Positions 17,215 through 23,600 of a stretch of 23,600 nt of DNA are shown one piece after another. The DNA comes from Tubiluchus corallicola (Eukaryota; Animalia; Priapulida). The stretch lies in NCBI GenBank assembly GCA_030141605.1, contig JAQGDQ010002431.1, forward strand, positions 19,695 to 43,294, written 5' to 3'. Both the position numbers and the translations under genes were made by a program. The notes beneath the pieces are model-generated. The model made no database searches and was not told the origin of the DNA. It worked only from the letters and a program-made list of their open reading frames with translations. Position 1 is the stretch's first letter, and each line of letters starts with the position of its first letter.

Positions 17215-18471
17215 CTATGTTTTTTGTTTTTTCTTTTTTGCAGCAGGAAATAGAATATTATTCAAAATAAGACGATAACCTGCTGAATTAGGATGCAAAT
17301 TCAAGTCCGTTGGAGGATCACCCACAAAGTGTTGATAATCTTCGGGGTCGTGTCCCCCATAAAAAGTCCAAGTACCCCTTCCAAATGTCCCATGAATATA
17401 CCTTACCTCATTAGCACTTTTGTTCTCCCCCATTATCAACACCGAAGGTTTCACCACCTCACGTCTAAACGATGTTGTCTGCCCCATAAAGCCCTTTACT
17501 ACATTCGTATGATTTTGACACAACATAGTAGGCACAGGATCCCATTTAGCAGAAAACTCAAAAAGCGTAAAATAATCTTCTTCTTTCAAAACTTTGCGCG
17601 TATTGGTTGCATCAATATCTGAATACTCATATTCCAATGGATTTTTTTTCAGTGTAAAATCTCGAAAAGCAAAAGTTCTACTAAAATCCAATTTCTCCTG
17701 CATATCAGGGTCTGCAGGATCGCCATCAAACATAAACTCACAAATATCCACACCCTCTGCAGCCAAAGCAATATCGTAAGTATCTGTTGCAGAACACATT
17801 GCAAACAAAAAACCCCCGCTCTCTACATAAGCCTTTATCGTTTTCACCACTGCCAATTTCAATTGCGAAACCTTTTTAAAACCTAATTTTTCTGCCATCT
17901 GCTCCTTCAACTTTACCTCCTCCTGATACCAAGGCATATGTTGATAAGCCCCATAAAACCTACCATATTGACCTGTGAAGTCTTCGTGATGCAAATGTAA
18001 CCAGTCATAATCCCCTAACACACCACTTAATATCTCTTCATCATATATCACATCATAGGGAATCTCTGCATAACTAAGAGCTAACGTAACCGCATCGTCC
18101 CACGGCAGTTTATTCTTAGGCGAATACACTGCTATCTTTGGGGCTTTCTCCAGCCTCATAGCATCCTGATTGACCTCTGGGCTTGCAATACCCGAAATAA
18201 TAGAAGAAACCTCCGCATCCGACACTACCCTATAACTCACATTCTTCAATACACATTCCTCCTCAAAACCCCTATCATATGGCAATAAAAAAGCACCTCC
18301 TTTATAATTGAGCAACCACTGTATAGCACTTCCCCCCTCCAACACATCGTAAGCCACACCATAAGCCTTCAAGTGATTTTTCTGCCCCTTGTCCATCGGC
18401 ACAAGAATGCTCAATCCCCAAGACAACCTACAAACCAATAAAAAGAAAACAAAAACCTTTATCTTTTTCAT
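17215..18471 (-). CDS. Conserved Bacteroidota exported protein, class I glutamine-amidotransferase-like (often auto-annotated 'asparagine synthetase B')
   Basis: Signal peptide, QKNHLKAYG, PWDDAVTLAL, DWLHLHHEDFTGQYG, GGFLFAMCSATD, GGHDPEDYQH and a C-terminal PAAKKKKQKT. ATG at 18471. Confidence 0.8.
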   Translation of the reverse strand: MKKIKVFVFFLLVCRLSWGLSILVPMDKGQKNHLKAYGVAYDVLEGGSAIQWLLNYKGGAFLLPYDRGFEEECVLKNVSYRVVSDAEVSSIISGIASPEVNQDAMRLEKAPKIAVYSPKNKLPWDDAVTLALSYAEIPYDVIYDEEILSGVLGDYDWLHLHHEDFTGQYGRFYGAYQHMPWYQEEVKLKEQMAEKLGFKKVSQLKLAVVKTIKAYVESGGFLFAMCSATDTYDIALAAEGVDICEFMFDGDPADPDMQEKLDFSRTFAFRDFTLKKNPLEYEYSDIDATNTRKVLKEEDYFTLFEFSAKWDPVPTMLCQNHTNVVKGFMGQTTSFRREVVKPSVLIMGENKSANEVRYIHGTFGRGTWTFYGGHDPEDYQHFVGDPPTDLNLHPNSAGYRLILNNILFPAAKKKKQKT

Positions 18472-18480
18472 ATTGAAAAA

Positions 18481-18488
18481 CAAAGATA
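18481..18488 (-). promoter_or_regulatory. -7 element (TATCTTTG), implying a very short leader
   Basis: TAnnTTTG match 10 bp upstream of the ATG at 18471. Confidence 0.45.
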
Positions 18489-18674
18489 TACTATAATATA
18501 TAATTTTGAAAAATTTAGCCTATGACTTCAGTGAAAAGACAAGCCCGCTATTTCACAAACTATTTTAATGGTTTTCTACTATAAACTTAGCTCGTTCATA
18601 CCCTCTTTCAATACTACAAGTCCTGCCCTATCTAAATCTAGTAAGTTTTTAAGCAATGAGAGAATCTATAGAAC

Positions 18675-18703
18675 GTAGGGTCAGTTTGCAAACTAGACCC
18701 TAC
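18675..18703. repeat. GTAG-type REP-like palindrome downstream of nhaA
   Basis: GTAGGGTC-AGTTTGCAAACT-A-GACCCTAC: an 8-bp outer stem around a perfect 12-bp inner palindrome, with one bulged base. Confidence 0.65.
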
Positions 18704-18753
18704 AACACAGTACAAATATTGTGGAAGACACAAACTTTCGTTTCCTATACGGC

Positions 18754-20079
18754 TTAGTTTTTAGTTCTCAACGACACCCTCAAAATCAGATAACCAAGAA
18801 TACCCGCTATAAAAGACCCTGCAAGAATACCCAATTTAGAAGAATTCAACAACAAAGCATCATCATAAGCCAAATTGGCTACAAACAAAGACATTGTAAA
18901 ACCAAATCCGCCCAACAAAGCTACACCTATCAAATGCGTAAAGGTAGCCCTATTTGGCATCTCTGCCATTTTAGTTTTTATTGCCAGATAACAGAAGAAG
19001 CTAATACCCAAACATTTACCTAACACCAAACTAAATGCAATGTTGAAAGAAAGCAACGATGTATTACCCATATCACCACCAAGCACCACACCCGCATTAG
19101 CAAAAGCAAAAATAGGCATTATGAAAAATGCTACCCAATTGTGAAACTTATGCTCCAAATCCTGCAAAGGAGACTTCACTCTTCTTGTCAAAACACTTAT
19201 TTCATCCGTAAAATGAACTTGTTCATTCGCCAACAATCGCTTGTCTGCCTCTTCCTCATAGCCAACAAACCGAGACAACACATTACCCACCTCATTATAA
19301 TATTCTCTCACACCCTTCTTACGTTTCATCGGAACAGTAAGAGCCATCAAAAAGCCCGCAATGGTAGCGTGAATACCCGCCTGATGAAACAAATACCACA
19401 CTACTCCCCCCATCATTACAAAGAAAGCAGTAGAATAAACACCACGATGGCTTAACACAAACAAAAACCCTAAAATGATAAAAGCAATACCCAACATAGT
19501 CAATTCAAGCCCACTACTATACGCCAAAGCAATTACAAGTATTGCACCAATATCATCCACAATAGCAAAAGCTGTAAGCAACACCTTCAAGCCAATAGGC
19601 ACTCTATTGCCCAGCAACTTCAAAATACCCAAAGAAAAAGCAATATCCGTAGCCATAGGCACAGCCCAGCCCCTACTCCACTCCTTAGTCTCCGCAGCAT
19701 CAATATCAAAAGAACCCAACAAAGAAAAGAAAACAGCCACAGGCACCACCATACCTCCAATAGCAGCAAAAACAGGCAAACTCGCCTTCTTCACCGATGA
19801 AAGTTCGCCTGCTAATATCTCTCGTTTTATCTCCAACCCCACCACAAAAAAGAAAATAGCCATCAAACCATCATTTATCCACTCAAACAAATTCTTCGGC
19901 AAATGCAAATGCTCTTCGGCAATGGAAATACCTACCTCTATGTTCCACAATTGGTTATAATACTCTCCTAACAAAGAATTTGCCCAAACCAAAGCAATAA
20001 ACGTAAGTATCAAAAGAATAATACTGCTTGACGACTCTAATTCTATAAACTTCCTAAACGACCGGGTAACAACATTCAT
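18754..20079 (-). CDS. nhaA: Na+/H+ antiporter NhaA
   Basis: WINDGLMAIFFFVVGLEIKRE, PMATDIAF, AIVDDIGAI, GIHATIAG, PIFAFANAGV and GFGFTMSLF. I prefer the ATG at 20079 because a -7 box at 20125-20132 overlaps the longer start. Confidence 0.96.
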   Translation of the reverse strand: MNVVTRSFRKFIELESSSSIILLILTFIALVWANSLLGEYYNQLWNIEVGISIAEEHLHLPKNLFEWINDGLMAIFFFVVGLEIKREILAGELSSVKKASLPVFAAIGGMVVPVAVFFSLLGSFDIDAAETKEWSRGWAVPMATDIAFSLGILKLLGNRVPIGLKVLLTAFAIVDDIGAILVIALAYSSGLELTMLGIAFIILGFLFVLSHRGVYSTAFFVMMGGVVWYLFHQAGIHATIAGFLMALTVPMKRKKGVREYYNEVGNVLSRFVGYEEEADKRLLANEQVHFTDEISVLTRRVKSPLQDLEHKFHNWVAFFIMPIFAFANAGVVLGGDMGNTSLLSFNIAFSLVLGKCLGISFFCYLAIKTKMAEMPNRATFTHLIGVALLGGFGFTMSLFVANLAYDDALLLNSSKLGILAGSFIAGILGYLILRVSLRTKN

Positions 20080-20124
20080 ATCTTCCTTAATAATAAAATC
20101 AAATACACTTAATATATATTTACG

Positions 20125-20132
20125 CAAAAGTA
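20125..20132 (-). promoter_or_regulatory. -7 element (TACTTTTG) for nhaA
   Basis: TAnnTTTG match 46 bp upstream of the ATG at 20079. Confidence 0.5.
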
Positions 20133-20217
20133 AAAAAAAACATTAAAAAAATAATCAAAAACTGAAAGTTGTTATTAATAAAAGATGATAATTTTTTTAA
20201 TATCTATAAATCTTAAT

Positions 20218-21648
20218 TCAACTTGTTAAAAACTCCTTTCTAAAATTCACCAAATATACTTTCTCTATAGCTCTTGTAATAGCAGTATAAAGCCACCGAA
20301 GATACTCTGCATTTATAAGTTCTTTAGTCAAATACCCTTGATCTATAAACACATTTTTCCATTGCCCACCTTGCGATTTATGACAAGTAACCGCATAAGC
20401 AAATTTCACCTGCAAAGCATTAAAATATTCATTACTTCTTATCTTGTCCCAACGTTTCTTTTTAGAACGAATATCCATATAATCCTCCGAAACATTCATA
20501 AAAAACTTGTTAGCATCTTCTTTGCCAAGCGCTGCACTTTCAACATTCAAAACATCTAGCAAAATCTTTACATCCATCTCTATATTTTCATAATCTACAA
20601 ACCTCACACACACATCTGCAAACCGAAAGCCATATAAATCTTTATAACCTTTTATCTTCATAATCTCCACAATATCGCCATTAGCAATAAACTCCATATC
20701 CTTTATTTTTTTATCCTTTACCCAAAAATAATTATTCTTTACTACCATCAAATAATCGCCTACTGCTATTTCTTCTTCCTTATATAAAATTTGACTTCTT
20801 ATCCCTTGATTGTATCTATTACACATTTTATTTGAACGACATACAACCATCGTTTCCCCCATTCCTATTGTGTCATACGAATTATTCAGAAGTTCTAACA
20901 AGTCGCTCCCAGCCACACTACAAAAATCGTCAAAATCCTTAGCAACCAAACTCAACTCACAAGTACTGCTATTCGTTTTCTGCAACTGTTGTCTCAATTT
21001 TGTAGCATTATACAATATACCTGACTTCGCTTTCTGCCTCACTACCTCCCTCAAATTAACACTTCTCACATTTTTCCAATAAGACTCTAATGTACTTGCA
21101 TCTAGTGCTGGGCTATTCTCCAAACCTATTGGAGGAAGTTGGGCTGTATCACCCACCAGCACTAACTTACATCCAACGCCACCATACACATAGTTTACTA
21201 AATCATCTAACAATTTACCTGATCCAAAAAATGCTCCCTCATAAGATTGATTAGCAATCATAGAAGCCTCATCCACAATGAAAAAGGTATCCTTACTTAA
21301 ATTGACATCTAAGACAAAACCAGAAAATCCATCCGTAGTAGCCTTTTGCCTATATATTTTCTTGTGAATAGTATAACTCACTTGTCCCGAGTAAGATGAA
21401 AACACCTTAGCAGCCCTCCCCGTAGGTGCTAACAATACACTTTTAATTTTAGATTCTTTTAAAGCATTTACAAAAGCACTTATCAATGAGGTCTTACCTG
21501 TACCAGCATATCCTTTAATTAAAAAAATTTGCTCTTCTTTACCATCTATTACAAACTCTGATAATTCTTTAACAAGAACATCTTGTTCAGAAGTAAGTTT
21601 TTTACCAAATATTTTTTTCAATAAAACAGAAAAATAGTCCTCTAACAT
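20218..21648 (-). CDS. RecD-like SF1B ATP-dependent DNA helicase (AAA_30 + UvrD_C_2)
   Basis: GYAGTGKT, LLAPTGRAA, IVDEASM, VGDTAQLPP, EVVRQ, AYAVTCHKSQGGQW and LYTAITRA. ATG at 21648 (TTG at 21654 is an alternative). Confidence 0.92.
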   Translation of the reverse strand: MLEDYFSVLLKKIFGKKLTSEQDVLVKELSEFVIDGKEEQIFLIKGYAGTGKTSLISAFVNALKESKIKSVLLAPTGRAAKVFSSYSGQVSYTIHKKIYRQKATTDGFSGFVLDVNLSKDTFFIVDEASMIANQSYEGAFFGSGKLLDDLVNYVYGGVGCKLVLVGDTAQLPPIGLENSPALDASTLESYWKNVRSVNLREVVRQKAKSGILYNATKLRQQLQKTNSSTCELSLVAKDFDDFCSVAGSDLLELLNNSYDTIGMGETMVVCRSNKMCNRYNQGIRSQILYKEEEIAVGDYLMVVKNNYFWVKDKKIKDMEFIANGDIVEIMKIKGYKDLYGFRFADVCVRFVDYENIEMDVKILLDVLNVESAALGKEDANKFFMNVSEDYMDIRSKKKRWDKIRSNEYFNALQVKFAYAVTCHKSQGGQWKNVFIDQGYLTKELINAEYLRWLYTAITRAIEKVYLVNFRKEFLTS

Positions 21649-21670
21649 TTTCAAATTAATAATTTTTTTC

Positions 21671-21678
21671 TACATTTG
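21671..21678 (+). promoter_or_regulatory. -7 element (TACATTTG) for the hypothetical-DUF3822-rsmD unit
   Basis: TAnnTTTG match 45 bp upstream of the ATG at 21723. Confidence 0.45.
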
Positions 21679-21722
21679 TACATAAGAAAAAAGTAAGTTG
21701 TAAAATTACAAAAATAACAACA

Positions 21723-22364
21723 ATGAAAAACAAAAGGATTATAATAGAACTTGTTCTTTTAATAATAATAGTAGCCTTAGGCTATCTATCTGTTAGAAGC
21801 ATCCAAAAACCTATTGAATTTAAAGAATTTAAAAAAGAACGATACACGATTGTAAAACAGAAATTAGAAGATATTAGAGAAGCCCAAATGGCTTATAAGA
21901 AAGTTCATAATAAGTTTGCAGAAAATTTAGATGTTTTAGTAGACTTTGTAAAATATGACTCTATACCTTTTATGAAAAAAATAGGCGAGCTCTCTGATAG
22001 TCTCTTGGAAGCAGGGTGGACAGAAGCAAGAGCAATAAAAGAAGGTATCATCGTACGAGAAGAATCAAAATCTAACGTTTTAGAAACAATTTTCGACAAA
22101 GACTACAATATAGATGACCTTCCATACATACCATTCACTAATAAAAAAGAAAGATTCGAAATGGGAGCCACCATTATAGAAACAAGTGCAAAAGTAAAAG
22201 TGCCAGTATTTGAAGTAAAAGCACATAATAGCTCCATACTAAATGGCTTTGAAGACCCCAGCCTAATAACCAACCTAAATGTAGAAGAAGAAATAAATAA
22301 TCAATATCCCGGATTAAAGATAGGCTCACTTACAGAAGCTAATAATAGCTCTGCCAATTGGTAA
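21723..22364 (+). CDS. Conserved Bacteroidota hypothetical protein, N-terminally membrane-anchored
   Basis: N-terminal TM, SIQKPIEF, KLEDIREAQ.AYK, LPYIPFT, PVFEVK and GLKIGSL...ANW, upstream of DUF3822. Confidence 0.8.
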   Translation: MKNKRIIIELVLLIIIVALGYLSVRSIQKPIEFKEFKKERYTIVKQKLEDIREAQMAYKKVHNKFAENLDVLVDFVKYDSIPFMKKIGELSDSLLEAGWTEARAIKEGIIVREESKSNVLETIFDKDYNIDDLPYIPFTNKKERFEMGATIIETSAKVKVPVFEVKAHNSSILNGFEDPSLITNLNVEEEINNQYPGLKIGSLTEANNSSANW

Positions 22365-22380
22365 TAATTAAAACCCAACA

Positions 22381-23208
22381 ATGCAAGATATTGCATTCAT
22401 AGATGATACTTTCGACATCAATAAGAATCAACAATACCACCTGTCTATACAAATAAGTATAAACAAATTTTCTTATTGCATATTAGACACCTTAGAAAAC
22501 AAGTACATTCTATTAAAACACTTTTCTGCCCCACAAAACCAACTAAAAGACACCATAGAAAAAGAAGATACCCTTTACCCAAAGTATAGAAACACTAAAA
22601 TTCTTTGGAACTGCCAACATTCAACCCTAGTTCCCTCTGAATATTTCGATCTTCAAAAAATAGACACCTTATATTATTACAATGTAAATCCACAAAACGC
22701 TCATAGCACACTTCACAATCCCCTTAGCATTATAGACGCCTACACCCTATTTTCTATACCCACAGCCCAAAAACAACTTCTTAATAAGAAATTCCCCAAT
22801 GCAAAAATCTTCCACCCATCTACCACGTACATCCAGTATTTTATGCTCCTTAATCAAATCAACCCACAAAACATCCTATACATCAACCTCGGGGAAGACA
22901 CCTTTGACCTACTCAATATCAATAACGAAAAATTTATCTTATACAATACCTACTCCTATGCCAACGAAAAAGATGTACTATACCATACTCTAAACACCCT
23001 CAAACAATTGAAAACAAACACCCAAACACTACAAGTAACTCTCACAGGATACATTGATGAGAACGATAATACCATACAACTACTCCAACAATACCTTAAA
23101 AACATAACAATAGAAAAAAACATTTGGGGTATCAACCACTCTTCGCTTTTAGAACAAATACCCATCCACAAATTTTTCAACCTCTTAAATTTATACAATT
23201 GCGAATAA
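22381..23208 (+). CDS. DUF3822 family protein
   Basis: YHLSIQIS...FSYCI, STLVP.EYFD, LYNTY...KDVLY, and a C-terminal CE* overlapping rsmD, the usual Bacteroidota arrangement. Confidence 0.82.
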   Translation: MQDIAFIDDTFDINKNQQYHLSIQISINKFSYCILDTLENKYILLKHFSAPQNQLKDTIEKEDTLYPKYRNTKILWNCQHSTLVPSEYFDLQKIDTLYYYNVNPQNAHSTLHNPLSIIDAYTLFSIPTAQKQLLNKKFPNAKIFHPSTTYIQYFMLLNQINPQNILYINLGEDTFDLLNINNEKFILYNTYSYANEKDVLYHTLNTLKQLKTNTQTLQVTLTGYIDENDNTIQLLQQYLKNITIEKNIWGINHSSLLEQIPIHKFFNLLNLYNCE

Positions 23209-23600
23209 TCAGCGGAACACACAAAGGCAGAGTAATACCCTCACCAAAAAGCACTCAACTGCGTCCCACCACAGATATTGCCAAAGAAGGCATTTTTAAC
23301 ATTATTGAAAATCATTTTGACATCACACAACTCAGTGTCTTAGACCTATTTGCAGGCACAGGTTCCATCAGCTATGAGTTTGCATCACGAAAAGCAAAAA
23401 GTATTACTGCCATAGACAGTAACTATAAACATATACAACACATTAAAAATATTTCAGAGAAACTACAACTTCCAACTATTATTAAGGCTATAAAAACAGA
23501 TGTCTTCCGTTACCTGCCAAAAACCACACAATGTTATGACCTCATTTTTGCCGACCCACCCTATACTTTAAAGAAAACTCAATTGCTTCCTGAACTCATA
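23199..23600 (+). CDS. rsmD: 16S rRNA m2G966 methyltransferase RsmD (3'-truncated by window end)
   Basis: Not in the ORF track; translated by hand from the TTG at 23199: (M)RIISGTHKGR...LRPTTDIAKEGIFN...LDLFAGTGSISYEFASR...DLIFADPPY. Confidence 0.92.
   Translation, partial: MRIISGTHKGRVIPSPKSTQLRPTTDIAKEGIFNIIENHFDITQLSVLDLFAGTGSISYEFASRKAKSITAIDSNYKHIQHIKNISEKLQLPTIIKAIKTDVFRYLPKTTQCYDLIFADPPYTLKKTQLLPELI

Noticed and set aside
18490-18670. ncRNA, riboswitch or small ORF in the large intergenic gap
   Set aside because: Only a weak GTGAAA...TTTCAC hairpin (18531-18556) is visible, with no recognisable RNA family motif or convincing ORF. An Rfam/Infernal scan would settle it.
20218-21648. 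Helicase as part of an anti-phage defence system
   Set aside because: It sits in a housekeeping context, divergent from the DUF3822-rsmD unit, with no adjacent nuclease or defence gene.
236-23222. Remaining short ORFs overlapping called genes (for example 236-628, 7616-8008, 11111-11455, 17293-17622, 19475-19960, 22956-23222)
   Set aside because: They are antisense or off-frame to well-supported genes and have no recognisable motifs.

Overview
AT-rich Bacteroidota-like chromosomal window, judged from the gene families, TAnnTTTG -7 promoter boxes and A-rich leaders without Shine-Dalgarno sequences. It holds 21 complete CDSs and a 3'-truncated rsmD. Most genes are housekeeping or envelope genes: sugar nucleotidyltransferase, GlsB-like N-acyltransferase, DUF2807, MMPL transporter, polyprenyl synthase, di-heme cytochrome c peroxidase, lemA-TPM-TPM-folP-cdaA-mrp-sigma54 regulator, nhaA, RecD-like helicase, DUF3822 and rsmD. 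The stand-out element is a 578-aa surface lipoprotein (1354-3090, -) with a 16x EGGG tandem-repeat stalk and 16 LRR/L-domain-like 23/24-aa modules. These modules are near-identical in DNA but vary at three positions rich in Tyr/Ser/Asp, like a VLR-style variable binder. Also notable: a strand-composition (GC skew) flip between about 9.3 and 10.6 kb, two GTAG-type REP-like palindromes, an NtrC-like activator whose receiver lacks the phospho-Asp, and a lipoprotein that may be anchored at both ends. I found no rRNA, tRNA, CRISPR array, transposase or reverse transcriptase. All family calls come from motif recognition by eye, not database searches.
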